Source of the DNA: Candidatus Methylomirabilales bacterium | GTDB lineage: Bacteria > Methylomirabilota > Methylomirabilia > Methylomirabilales > CSP1-5 | Length of the DNA stretch: 56,776 bases | Reading direction: 5' to 3' | Assembly: GCA_046758505.1 (NCBI GenBank) | Contig: JBHIAH010000011.1 | Coordinates: 1 to 56,776, forward strand | Shown: positions 1 to 9,034 of the stretch, in pieces | Numbering within the stretch: position 1 is the first letter of the stretch | Layout: each line of letters opens with the position of its first letter | The notes under the pieces: model-generated | Told to the model about the DNA's origin: nothing | The model's database searches: none | The model's input: only the letters and a program-made list of their open reading frames with translations | Made by a program: the position numbers and the translations under genes

Positions 1-2
1 AG

Positions 3-686
3 GTGGCGCTCTGGGGGATGGTGATTGATCTGGACCGCTGCACGGGCTGCCAGGCGTGTGTGATGGCCTGTAAGGCCGAGAATAACGTTCCGGCTGTGGG
101 GAGCACGGAGGCCAAGGCGGGGCGGACCATCAGTTGGATGCATGTCCTCACCGAGGAGGACGAGGGACACCCTGGGGGGAACATCCGGTTTCTGCCCCGG
201 CCGTGCCTTCACTGTGACGATCCCCCGTGCACGAAGGTGTGCCCCGTCTATGCCACGTTCCGCAACCCCGAGGGGATTGTAGGCCAGATTTACGCGCGGT
301 GCATCGGCTGTCGCTTCTGCATGGCAGCCTGCCCGTACAACGCCAAGTATTTCAACTGGCACCGCTACCAGCGAGAGGGCCCCGGGCAAAATCCGGATGT
401 CTCGGTCCGCCCGAAAGGCGTCGTGGAGAAGTGCACCTTCTGCCACCACCGGCTCCAGAGGGCCCGGGAGCGGGCCCTGGCCGAGCATCGGGAGCTGGCC
501 CCGGGGGAATATGTTCCGGCCTGCGCGGAGGCGTGCCCGACCAAGGCCATCATCTTTGGCGACTTGTCGGATCCGGGCAGCGAGGTGGCCAGGCTCGCCC
601 ACAGCCCCCGGGCGTTCAGGCTCCAGGAGGAGCTGGGGACAAAGCCCAAGGTGATCTACCTCAGCGAGGGAGAAAAGCGTGGCTGA
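3..686 (+). CDS. 4Fe-4S dicluster protein (NrfC/DmsB/QrcC/ActB-C-terminal-like electron transfer subunit)
   Basis: WGMVIDLDRCTGCQACVMAC, CLHCDDPPCTKVCP, CIGCRFCMAACPY and KCTFC...PACAEACP motifs; overlaps the downstream NrfD-type gene. Confidence 0.93.
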   Translation: MALWGMVIDLDRCTGCQACVMACKAENNVPAVGSTEAKAGRTISWMHVLTEEDEGHPGGNIRFLPRPCLHCDDPPCTKVCPVYATFRNPEGIVGQIYARCIGCRFCMAACPYNAKYFNWHRYQREGPGQNPDVSVRPKGVVEKCTFCHHRLQRARERALAEHRELAPGEYVPACAEACPTKAIIFGDLSDPGSEVARLAHSPRAFRLQEELGTKPKVIYLSEGEKRG

Positions 687-2043
687 TCACTCCGACCACC
701 CCGACGCGACGTTGCTCGCCCCCCTCGAGCGAACCGACCCCTGGTTCCGCTGGACCGTCGGGGTGCTCCTGCTCTTCATCCTCTGGGGGGCCGTGGCATA
801 CGGCATTCAGCTGTACCAGGGCCTGGGCGTGACGGGAATGCATCAGCCGGTCTCCTGGGGCTTCTACGTCACGAACTTCGTCTTCTTCATCGGGATCAGC
901 CACGCGGGGACCCTGATCTCGGCCATCCTGCGACTCTGCAAGGCCGAGTGGCGCCGCCCCGTCACCCGGATGGCCGAGACGATCACCGTGATGGTCCTCT
1001 TCATCGGCGCCGGGCAGATCCTGGTGGACCTCGGGCGCCCTGACCGGGTATGGAACGTAATCCGGTCCGGTCGCTACCAGTCGCCGCTCCTCTGGGATGC
1101 GACCAGCATCAGCGCCTACCTGACCGCCTGCCTGGTCTACCTCTACATCCCCATGATCCCCGACATTGCCATCCTCCGGGACCGACTGGGGAAACGAAAA
1201 CTCTTCTATACCGTGCTGGCCCTCGGGTGGCGGGGGACCGCACGCCAGCAGAAGGTCTTGAATCGCGCGATTGCCATCATGGCGGTTCTGGTGATTCCCG
1301 TCGCGGTCTCGGTTCACACGGTGATCTCCTTCGTGTTCTCGATGACGCTCCAGCCCATGTGGCATTCAACCATATTTGGCCCGTACTTCGTGGTGGGGGC
1401 CATCTTCTCGGGCATCGCGGCCCTGATCGTAGCCATGGTGGCCTTTCGGAAAGCTTATAGGCTTCAGGACTATCTCAAGCCGATCCACTTCCGCTACCTG
1501 GGGCAACTCCTCCTGGTGATGTCGCTCCTCTGGTTCTATTTTACCTTTGCCGAGTATCTCACCGGGTACTACGGGGCAGAACCGGAGGAGATGAAGGTCT
1601 TCTGGGCCAAGTTCATCGGACCGTTCTGGCCGTTCTTCTGGGGGATGGTTCTCGCGAACTTCATCATTCCGGTTCTGTGTCTCGTGAGGCTAGCCCGCCA
1701 CACCGTCGCAAAGGTCTTTACGGCGTCGCTCTCGGTGATTGTGGGGATGTGGCTCGAGCGGTACATCATTGTCATCCCGACCTTGTCCGTCCCCAGGCTC
1801 CCGTTCCCGGGAGGACACTACTGGCCCACCTGGGTCGAGGGGGCAGAGACCCTGGCGAGCTTCGCCCTCTTTGCGCTCTTTTTCCTCCTCTTTACCAAGT
1901 TCTTTCCGATCATCTCCATCTGGGAGATCCACGAGGGACGGAAGGTGGGCGTCACGGAGGTGGGGGAGCGACTGATGACCTACCTTCCGGGTTCGACGCT
2001 GCCCGAAACTGAAGATAGAGAGAGAGCGGGGGTGACGACATGA
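679..2043 (+). CDS. NrfD/PsrC family polytopic membrane subunit (ActC/QrcD-like)
   Basis: WGFYVTNFVFFIGISHAGTLISAIL, DLGRPDR, SPLLWD, VSVHTVISF and WLERY motifs; many hydrophobic helices. Confidence 0.92.
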   Translation: MADHSDHPDATLLAPLERTDPWFRWTVGVLLLFILWGAVAYGIQLYQGLGVTGMHQPVSWGFYVTNFVFFIGISHAGTLISAILRLCKAEWRRPVTRMAETITVMVLFIGAGQILVDLGRPDRVWNVIRSGRYQSPLLWDATSISAYLTACLVYLYIPMIPDIAILRDRLGKRKLFYTVLALGWRGTARQQKVLNRAIAIMAVLVIPVAVSVHTVISFVFSMTLQPMWHSTIFGPYFVVGAIFSGIAALIVAMVAFRKAYRLQDYLKPIHFRYLGQLLLVMSLLWFYFTFAEYLTGYYGAEPEEMKVFWAKFIGPFWPFFWGMVLANFIIPVLCLVRLARHTVAKVFTASLSVIVGMWLERYIIVIPTLSVPRLPFPGGHYWPTWVEGAETLASFALFALFFLLFTKFFPIISIWEIHEGRKVGVTEVGERLMTYLPGSTLPETEDRERAGVTT

Positions 2044-2291
2044 AGGCATCGCACGAGCCACCCGATCGAACCGTCAAAATCCTGCAGTGGGCGATCGTGG
2101 GGGCGGCTGCCCTCTTCGTCTTGGGCATCATCACCTGGATCGGGCACCTGATCCGCACCGCATGGTGGCTCCACGACACCCCCTCGGCCTCCATCGGAAT
2201 CTCCCTGGTGGCGATTCCGCTCTTTCTCACCCTCATGGGTGTCATTCTCTATGTGGCCTGGGGGCTTCTGGGGGATCGGAGCGAAAGATGA
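2040..2291 (+). CDS. small two-helix membrane protein in the respiratory operon
   Basis: ATGA overlaps with both neighbours; two hydrophobic segments. Confidence 0.7.
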   Translation: MKASHEPPDRTVKILQWAIVGAAALFVLGIITWIGHLIRTAWWLHDTPSASIGISLVAIPLFLTLMGVILYVAWGLLGDRSER

Positions 2292-3520
2292 AATTGCGAT
2301 TTGTGATTGCTGCGCTGGTGCTGACGTGGGGGGTAGGAGGGGGAACTCCCCCCGCGTTTGCGGGCCATGAGGCGTTTCCGTCCCTCCTTCCCGGGAATCC
2401 ACTCGAAGGGAGTCGGCTCTTCCTCGAAAAGGGCTGCATCCGCTGTCACGCGGTCTACGGGGTGGGAGGGACGACTGGCCCCGACCTGGGCCGGAGGATC
2501 CTGACCCGCCCCCTCCTCGAGATTGCGGGCGTCATGTGGAACCACCTCCCGGGGATGGAGCGTGCATTTCGGAAGGAGCGGGTCCTTCACCCCGCCTTCG
2601 AGGTCCGGGAAATGGCGAGCATTCTGGCGTTTCTCTACTACCTCGGCTCGCTGGATCCCCCCGGAGACGCGGCGGTCGGGGCCCGTCTCTTCCGCGAGAA
2701 AGGATGCCAGATCTGCCACTCCCTAGGAGGGCACGGGGGAGCGGTGGGCCCCGCGCTGGATAAGTACAGCCGATACGCCTCGCCCATTTATCTCACGGCG
2801 GCCCTCTGGAAGCGGGGCAAGGCCATGGCCAAGACAATGCGAGCAAAGGGTGTGCCCCGTCCCACGTTCCACGGCAACGATATCCCGAACCTGCTGGCCT
2901 ACATCCGGAGCGTCGGTGGCGGGACGGAACGGGTGTATGCGCGACCGGGGAGTCCCAAACGCGGGGAGGCGCTGTTCACCAAGAAAAGCTGCGTGAGGTG
3001 CCATGCGATCCGCGGCCACGGGGGGAAGGTGGGGCCTGACCTCGGGCTCGCGCTGAAAGGGAGCCTCATGCGGATCGTGGGTGCCATGTGGAACCACGGC
3101 CCCAAGATGTGGACCACGATGGAGGAACGGGGGATCACGATCCCTTCCCTCAGCCCGGAGGAGCTGTCGGACCTCATCAGCTACCTCTACTTTGCCCAGT
3201 TCATCGACGTGCCCGGCGATGCCAAACGCGGGGAGGCGGTCTACCGGGAAAAGGGGTGTGGAATCTGCCATGGATTCACCGGCACCGGCAAGCGCGTTGC
3301 CCCGCCCCTCACCCAAGTCGTGAAGAAACGGCGGACGCCCCTGGAGATCATCACCAAGATGTGGAACCATGCCGGAAAGATGGAGGCGAAGATGATGGAA
3401 GCCAGCGTGGCCTGGCCGTTTTTCCGGCGAGGCGAGATGGAGGATCTCATCGCGTATTTGACCTCGGTTTCGAGAGATGGCAGGCAGCCCCCCGCGCCGG
3501 CGGCCCAGCGCGCCAGGTGA
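2288..3520 (+). CDS. periplasmic tetraheme c-type cytochrome with internal repeats
   Basis: Signal peptide MKLRFVIAALVLTWG; four CxxCH motifs (CIRCH, CQICH, CVRCH, CGICH), each in a repeated G..LF..KGC..CH...GP.L...MWNH-like module; start placed at ATG 2288. Confidence 0.9.
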   Translation: MKLRFVIAALVLTWGVGGGTPPAFAGHEAFPSLLPGNPLEGSRLFLEKGCIRCHAVYGVGGTTGPDLGRRILTRPLLEIAGVMWNHLPGMERAFRKERVLHPAFEVREMASILAFLYYLGSLDPPGDAAVGARLFREKGCQICHSLGGHGGAVGPALDKYSRYASPIYLTAALWKRGKAMAKTMRAKGVPRPTFHGNDIPNLLAYIRSVGGGTERVYARPGSPKRGEALFTKKSCVRCHAIRGHGGKVGPDLGLALKGSLMRIVGAMWNHGPKMWTTMEERGITIPSLSPEELSDLISYLYFAQFIDVPGDAKRGEAVYREKGCGICHGFTGTGKRVAPPLTQVVKKRRTPLEIITKMWNHAGKMEAKMMEASVAWPFFRRGEMEDLIAYLTSVSRDGRQPPAPAAQRAR

Positions 3521-3677
3521 AACCCCACGGAGAAGGAGCTCGGCGCGTCCGGGAGGTGTAGACGCCCCTCGAATTAACGGCAAGGTGGACAAGATCTGAA
3601 ACAGGGACCGAGTTAAGAAATGGCAGTCTCGCAGTGGAGAAGCCCCCTGAGTTACGCAGCAACAAAGGGAATCAGGT

Positions 3678-3793
3678 GGGACAACATGTTGTCCCGTGTG
3701 GCACAGATGCCCCAGGAGATATCTCGCCGGAAAGAATAGGTGCAGACCTGCTCGCCGTCATGTAACAGGCTGCTCCGGGACACATCTGCCCCA
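3678..3793. promoter_or_regulatory. putative upstream activator sites for a sigma54 enhancer-binding protein
   Basis: Perfect palindrome GGGACAACATGTTGTCCC (3678-3695) and related GTGGCACAGATGCCCCA (3698-3714) and GGGACACATCTGCCCCA (3777-3793), 110-220 bp upstream of a sigma54 motif. Confidence 0.5.
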
Positions 3794-3850
3794 TCTGCCC
3801 CTTTCCCCTCTTACTGCCCTGTCGGCTTCGATTTTCGTGATCCTCTTCAC

Positions 3851-3863
3851 AATCAATGCCTTA
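3851..3863 (+). promoter_or_regulatory. IHF-binding site
   Basis: AATCAATGCCTTA matches WATCAANNNNTTR and lies between the activator sites and the sigma54 promoter. Confidence 0.55.
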
Positions 3864-3900
3864 CGTGGCACGTATCCTGCCCAACACCCCGACCTGTTGC

Positions 3901-3916
3901 TGGCACTTCCTTTGCT
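3901..3916 (+). promoter_or_regulatory. sigma54 (-24/-12) promoter
   Basis: TGGCAC-TTCCT-TTGCT; a weaker copy TGGCAC-GTATC-CTGC lies at 3866-3880. Confidence 0.75.
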
Positions 3917-3980
3917 CTCACTCCTCTTAAATCCTCCGGCGCATCCCTGAAGCACCGGGCGGGTGAGAGGAAGTTTGAGG

Positions 3981-4238
3981 ATGGCAGCTCCGATCCGCAA
4001 AGCAGGACCCGAACGGATGTGCCCCTTCCTTTGGCAGCAGGCTGATCTGAAAGAACAGGTGATTCCGGGGACCTGCCGGGATCCCGTCTCGGGGCTGAGC
4101 CAGGTCCCGACCTTTTGGGAGTACTGGAACCGGTGCCGGAGTCCAAGGCACATTCGCTGCCGCCGTCATAGACGCTACCGCTGGCATGGGGAGACAGGGC
4201 AACCAACAGCGCAGTCATCGCTCAGGAGGTCCGCGTGA
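3981..4238 (+). CDS. small Cys/His/Trp-rich protein (85 aa), first gene of the radical SAM operon
   Basis: ATG 3981 after a purine-rich stretch; CPFL...C...C....H..C pattern; TGA overlaps the GTG start of the radical SAM gene. Confidence 0.6.
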   Translation: MAAPIRKAGPERMCPFLWQQADLKEQVIPGTCRDPVSGLSQVPTFWEYWNRCRSPRHIRCRRHRRYRWHGETGQPTAQSSLRRSA

Positions 4239-5380
4239 TTCAGGGGGGGCTGATCGAGACCATCACCTATCCCCGGACCGTGTACCGGGATGCCCCGCGC
4301 AACGTCTACTGGGAGATGACCATCGCCTGTGATCTCGCCTGTAAGCACTGCCGGGCCGAGGCCATTCCCCACCGCGATCCCCTGGAGCTCACGACGGAGG
4401 AGGGGGAAGCCCTGATGCGGGACGTCAAGGCGATGGGGAGCATGATGATCCTCACGGGGGGGGACCCCATGAAGCGGCCCGATCTCTTTGACCTCATCGC
4501 TTACGCCCGCGAGATCCGACTGCCCCTCGGCATCACGCCGAGCACGACTCCCACGCTGACCCGGGATGCCATCGGGCGATTCCGGAAGCTGGGGATCGCC
4601 GCGGTGGGGGTCAGCCTGGATGGTCCCACCCAGGTGGTGCACGACACGTTTCGGGGCGTCCTCGGAACCTTTGAACACTCCATGAAAGCCTTGCAGTGGG
4701 CGCGTGAGTCGCACCTCCCGGTGCAGGTGAACACCACCGTCACCCGGGAAACCCTCCCCCATCTGCCCGCCCTGTACCGCCTGTTGCGGGAAAAGGCCTC
4801 TCCTCCCGTGCGCCGATGGAGTCTCTTCCTTCTCGTCCCTGTGGGTCGGGGAGCCACGCTGGGAATCCCCTCGGCGGAGGACGTGGAGGAACTCTTTGCC
4901 TGGGTCTACGCCATCTCCAGGGATGCCCCCTTCCATGTGAGCACGGTGGAGGCGCCTCATTATCGGCGATACTGGATTCAGCGCAAGCTCGACGAGGGAA
5001 TGTCCCTCGAGGACATCCAGCGACTGGGAAGGCGAATGGGCTTTGGTGTCCGGGACGGGAACGGCGTGATCTTCGTGTCCCACCACGGGGACGTGTACCC
5101 CGCGGGCTTTCTCCCCTATCCCCTCCTGGGGAACGTGCGGGAGAACGCGCTGTCCGACATTTACCGGAACTCGCCCTGGCTGAGCGAACTGCGGAATATG
5201 GACCAGCTCAAAGGAAAATGCGGATGGTGTGAGTTTCGGTGGATCTGCGGGGGCTCCCGGGCGCGGGCCTATGCCGCCACGGGCGATTACCTGGGAGAGG
5301 AGCCCTTCTGCGTTTACCAACCCGGGCGGGGAGAAATCCCCGAGCGACCAACGGTGACCCCAACGGCCCTCACACCATAG
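4235..5380 (+). CDS. radical SAM/SPASM domain protein (NirJ/AhbD-related, TIGR04053-like)
   Basis: CDLACKHC CxxxCxxC motif, TGGDP, C-terminal KGKCGWCEFRWICGGSRARAYA SPASM motif. Confidence 0.9.
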   Translation: MIQGGLIETITYPRTVYRDAPRNVYWEMTIACDLACKHCRAEAIPHRDPLELTTEEGEALMRDVKAMGSMMILTGGDPMKRPDLFDLIAYAREIRLPLGITPSTTPTLTRDAIGRFRKLGIAAVGVSLDGPTQVVHDTFRGVLGTFEHSMKALQWARESHLPVQVNTTVTRETLPHLPALYRLLREKASPPVRRWSLFLLVPVGRGATLGIPSAEDVEELFAWVYAISRDAPFHVSTVEAPHYRRYWIQRKLDEGMSLEDIQRLGRRMGFGVRDGNGVIFVSHHGDVYPAGFLPYPLLGNVRENALSDIYRNSPWLSELRNMDQLKGKCGWCEFRWICGGSRARAYAATGDYLGEEPFCVYQPGRGEIPERPTVTPTALTP

Positions 5381-5401
5381 GGCCAACCGGGGTCCGAGGA
5401 G

Positions 5402-6100
5402 GTGACGGTGCACATCAACGGGTGTTCCGAGTGTGGAGCAAGACAGACCTGTCTCCTGGTCAGCCAGCTCTCTCCCGAGGAGGTCGAGGCCACAAAGGGG
5501 ATCCGCCACACCCGCGTCTACCAGCCCCGACAGATCCTGTACCACGAGGGGATGCCCGCCCTCGGCATCCACATCCTCTGCTCAGGCCGCGTGAAACTCT
5601 CGCGGGGGGACAACAACGGGCGGCAGCAGATCCTGCGGATTGTGGGTCCGGGAGAGATCTGCGGCGAAGAAGCCCTCCTGGAGGGGGCGCCGTATACCAA
5701 TACCGCTGAGGCGCTCGACACCTGCCAGAGTTCCTTCGTGAGGCGCGAGGCCTTTCTCGAGCTTCTCCAGAATCGAGATCGAGTCCTGCTCCCTCTCCTC
5801 CGCCACATCTGCAAGGTGTTGATCGAGACCCAGGTCCGCTTCACGCACGTGGCCCTGAGTGACGCGCGGACGCGGATGGCGGCCCAGCTCTTGGAGCTCG
5901 CCGAGCACTACGGAAAGCCAGACGCGAAGGGAATCACCCTTCAGCTGAGCTTGCGGCGGGGGGAACTGGCCGCGCTGGTCGGCCTCAGCCCGGAGACGGG
6001 GATGCGTCTCTTGAGTCAGTTTCAGCGGGAAGGGCTCCTCGAGGTGCAGGGGCGGCGCCTCACCCTCAAGTCCCCGGAGGGTCTCCGCGCCTTGCTCTGA
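5402..6100 (+). CDS. Crp/Fnr family transcriptional regulator with N-terminal Cys cluster
   Basis: CSECGARQTC N-terminus, cNMP-fold beta barrel (SGRVKL, GEICGE), C-terminal HTH (ELAALVGLSPETGMRLL). Confidence 0.9.
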   Translation: MTVHINGCSECGARQTCLLVSQLSPEEVEATKGIRHTRVYQPRQILYHEGMPALGIHILCSGRVKLSRGDNNGRQQILRIVGPGEICGEEALLEGAPYTNTAEALDTCQSSFVRREAFLELLQNRDRVLLPLLRHICKVLIETQVRFTHVALSDARTRMAAQLLELAEHYGKPDAKGITLQLSLRRGELAALVGLSPETGMRLLSQFQREGLLEVQGRRLTLKSPEGLRALL

Positions 6101-6175
6101 GGCATCGAGGCGGGACGACAGCGAGTTTCGACACGATGGGCCAACCGGCCGGTCCGGATCCGTGATCGACCCCGC

Positions 6176-7147
6176 TCACCCCGCCTTGACCGCCTTCAGC
6201 CGAATCCCGTACTGCTCCTCCAGGTTGAAGGAGTTCCCATGGACGGTCCCCTCCCCGTTGGCGATGGTCAGTTTGCGGGTCCGAACGTCCTCAACCCAAC
6301 GGGGATGGGCTGCTTCGGCCCGGCGGTTGGCGATGATCCGGAGACGAGCGACCTCTGCGGCATCGCGATCCCCGGTTCGATCGATCCCCGTGAAGTCTTC
6401 CATGATCTGTGCCTTCACCAGCTCGCTGATACTGCCGTTCTGAACCTTGATATCAAACATCAACGCCACGGCCCGCTCGGACTGAACTCGGTACGTCTTG
6501 CACAGGGCAAGTGCTGCGCGGTAGAGCCGGCCGGCAAATTTTACCTGGATCCCTTGACACTCATCCCGACGCCCCAGGGTCTTAAACAGCCCCCGCCACG
6601 GCTCATGGAGCACAGACCGCCTGGGGTCCTGGATGGACCGGGCCCAGGCGAGCTGCTCCTCCCGCTGGGCCGCAAGCATAGCCCGCAGAACCGGGTAGTG
6701 CTGGTGAAAAATTCCTTTGAGGATCTGGGGATGCGTCCGGTCCATGTCCTGAAGCAGTCGCTGGAGGGTCCCCTGCCCCAAGTTCCACTGTAGCGCCCCA
6801 AAACTGATGCCCTGTCCGTCGAAGTCTCCGGAGAGGCCGGCAAAGCACTCCGGGATGGGGGCACCTGTCTCAAAGGCCCCGGTCAGGGCCAGACAGCGAT
6901 AGGTGAGGGGCCTCCGGACGATCGCAGGTTCCGCGATCTTGCCCCCGCGAAAGAGGGCGGCCCAGGTCTTTGCGCCTACCGTGCCGTCCACCTCCAACCC
7001 CTGGACCCGTTGGAAGGCCCTGACGCCCGCCTCCGTTCCGCCACCGAAGTCTCCATCAATCGGGCCGGCGTAATACCCGAGCTCCCTCAGCCGCGCCTGG
7101 ATCCGGGACACCTCCTGGCCCTTCGCCCCTCGTCGATACAGCGCCAT
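6176..7147 (-). CDS. peptidoglycan-binding domain protein with putative lysozyme/chitosanase-like catalytic domain
   Basis: N-terminal PG_binding_1 pattern (IQARLRELGY...IDGDFG..TEAGVRAFQ...GLEVDGTVG.KTW); C-terminal FE...FDGQGISFGALQW; GAGGAGG RBS. Confidence 0.8.
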   Translation of the reverse strand: MALYRRGAKGQEVSRIQARLRELGYYAGPIDGDFGGGTEAGVRAFQRVQGLEVDGTVGAKTWAALFRGGKIAEPAIVRRPLTYRCLALTGAFETGAPIPECFAGLSGDFDGQGISFGALQWNLGQGTLQRLLQDMDRTHPQILKGIFHQHYPVLRAMLAAQREEQLAWARSIQDPRRSVLHEPWRGLFKTLGRRDECQGIQVKFAGRLYRAALALCKTYRVQSERAVALMFDIKVQNGSISELVKAQIMEDFTGIDRTGDRDAAEVARLRIIANRRAEAAHPRWVEDVRTRKLTIANGEGTVHGNSFNLEEQYGIRLKAVKAG

Positions 7148-7166
7148 GATCCCTCCTCAAAATAAG

Positions 7167-7476
7167 AAAAAGGGGACAGGGTCACTCTTGTCCAAGATAG
7201 CTTTTCGGCCAAAGCGGTCTTGGACAGCATTTACCGCGTCTGTTTGGCACGTGCCGGGCCCTTATAGGCTCAGAAAAGCTCGGACAGCCTTGATGCTACA
7301 CCCTGCGAGGCTCCGCTGTCTCATCTGGCAGTCGCGGTGGCGTCCTGGACAGTATCTGGCCAGCCGAGGAACCTCAAATTTGAGCGGCCGGCGGGCCACT
7401 TATACTTCCATGAGTTAGACCAGAAAGGGCGCTGGCTGAAACTTGTCTTGGACAGCAGTGGGTCAGGCCCCTTTTT
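7167..7476. repeat. 310-bp element with imperfect 31-bp terminal inverted repeats (MITE/REP-like)
   Basis: Left AAAAAGGGGACAGGGTCACTCTTGTCCAAGA vs reverse complement of right end AAAAAGGGGCCTGACCCACTGCTGTCCAAGA (24/31); internal GGACAG motif repeated. Confidence 0.5.
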
Positions 7477-7483
7477 TCCTTTT

Positions 7484-8932
7484 TTAGGATTCGCGCTTGC
7501 CGGAGATCCCGAGCTGTTTCATCCGCTTCCGCAGGGTGTTCCGGTTGATCCCCAACAGCTCGGCCGCCTTGAGCTGATTTCCCCCTACTCGATCCAACAC
7601 GGCCTGCAGGAGCGGGCGCTCTGCCAGGGAGAGGATGTGCTCGTAGAGTCCCCCATCCTTGTCCCCGCCCACGCGCCGGAGCTCTCCTCGGACTTCACGC
7701 CCCAGTCCTCCCGGGGTGCTGACCGCCCCTTCGGCTCCGGGGGTGCGGGCAGCTGCCTGCAGGGCCTCGGGAAAATGCTCCGGAAGGATGAGGCGCGTAC
7801 GGGCCAGGAGGCAGGCCCGCTTGATCACGTTCTCGAGCTCCCGGACGTTGCCGGGCCACTGATGACGGAGCAGGCAGTTCAGGGCTTCCGGCGAGACCTC
7901 TTTGCGATCGTCTCCGGCATAGAGGCGCAAGAAATGCTCCACCAGGAGCGGGATATCTTCCTGGCGCTCCCTGAGGGGGGGGAGCGTAATGGTCACCACA
8001 TTCAACCGGTAGAAGAGATCCTCCCGAAAGATCCCTTGCGCCATCAGGGCCTGAAGATTCCGATTGGTGGCAGCCAGGATCCGGACATCCACGGCGATGG
8101 GGATCTCACCCCCCAGCCGCTCGAAACGCCGCTCTTCGAAGACTCGAAGAATCTTCGTCTGCAGCGCCGGATCCATCTCCCCGATCTCGTCCAGAAAGAT
8201 GGTCCCCCCGTCGGCCAGCTCGAATTTCCCGCGGCGGGTGGCGACGGCACCGGTAAAGGCCCCCTTCTCATGGCCGAAGAGTTCGCTCTCGAGCAGGTCC
8301 CTGGGAATGGCAGCACAGTTGACGGTGACAAAGGGTCCGGGGTGCCGCGGGCTGTTCTTGTGAATCGCCCGGGCGATGAGCTCCTTGCCGGTTCCGCTTT
8401 CTCCCTCGATGAGGACGGTGGCAGCGCTGTCCGCCACCTGGCCCACCAACTTGAACACCACCTGCATGCCCTGGCTCGTCCCCACGATTTCATCCAGCTC
8501 TTGGCGATCCTTCAGCCGTGCCTTCAGCCGGTTCAGTTCCTCCGTGAGGGTCTTGACCTCCAAGGCCCTGCGGACGAGCAGGGTGAGCTCCTCAAAATCA
8601 AAGGGCTTGGTGATATAGTCGTACGCCCCCCGCTTCATGGCCTCCACCGCCGCCTGGAGGCTGCCGAAGGCGGTCATGATGATCACCATGGTCCCGGGAT
8701 GGCGCTGCCGGAGGAGGGAGAGAGCCTGGAGCCCATCCACGGTGGGCATCTTGATGTCCATGAGAACCAGATCGGCACCGACCCGGTTCGCCGTCTCCAC
8801 CGCCGCCTGGCCATCCGCCACCGTGGTGACCGCATACCCCGATCGCTCGAGGGCTTTCCTCAGCGTCCAGCGGACACTCTCCTCATCGTCGGCCACCACA
8901 ATTTTCGCTTTTCCAGGCTCTGGCACCATCAT
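7484..8932 (-). CDS. ntrC: sigma54-dependent response regulator, NtrC
   Basis: REC (VADDE, MDIKMP, KPFD), AAA+ with GESGTGKE and GHEKGAFTGA, Fis HTH GNQLKAAELLGINRNTLRKRM; paired with the kinase. Confidence 0.9.
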   Translation of the reverse strand: MMVPEPGKAKIVVADDEESVRWTLRKALERSGYAVTTVADGQAAVETANRVGADLVLMDIKMPTVDGLQALSLLRQRHPGTMVIIMTAFGSLQAAVEAMKRGAYDYITKPFDFEELTLLVRRALEVKTLTEELNRLKARLKDRQELDEIVGTSQGMQVVFKLVGQVADSAATVLIEGESGTGKELIARAIHKNSPRHPGPFVTVNCAAIPRDLLESELFGHEKGAFTGAVATRRGKFELADGGTIFLDEIGEMDPALQTKILRVFEERRFERLGGEIPIAVDVRILAATNRNLQALMAQGIFREDLFYRLNVVTITLPPLRERQEDIPLLVEHFLRLYAGDDRKEVSPEALNCLLRHQWPGNVRELENVIKRACLLARTRLILPEHFPEALQAAARTPGAEGAVSTPGGLGREVRGELRRVGGDKDGGLYEHILSLAERPLLQAVLDRVGGNQLKAAELLGINRNTLRKRMKQLGISGKRES

Positions 8933-8939
8933 TCCTCAA

Positions 8940-9034
8940 CCGCTAGAACGCTAGGAAGCTGGGATGCTCTAAGGCTTGTCATAATCTTAGTCCTACGGCT
9001 TTTTAGCGTTCTGGCGTTCTCGCCTGCCAGCGTT
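8940..9034. repeat. short-unit inverted repeat array between ntrB and ntrC
   Basis: CGCTAGAA/CGCTAGGA at left, TAGCGTTC/TGGCGTTC at right. Confidence 0.45.
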
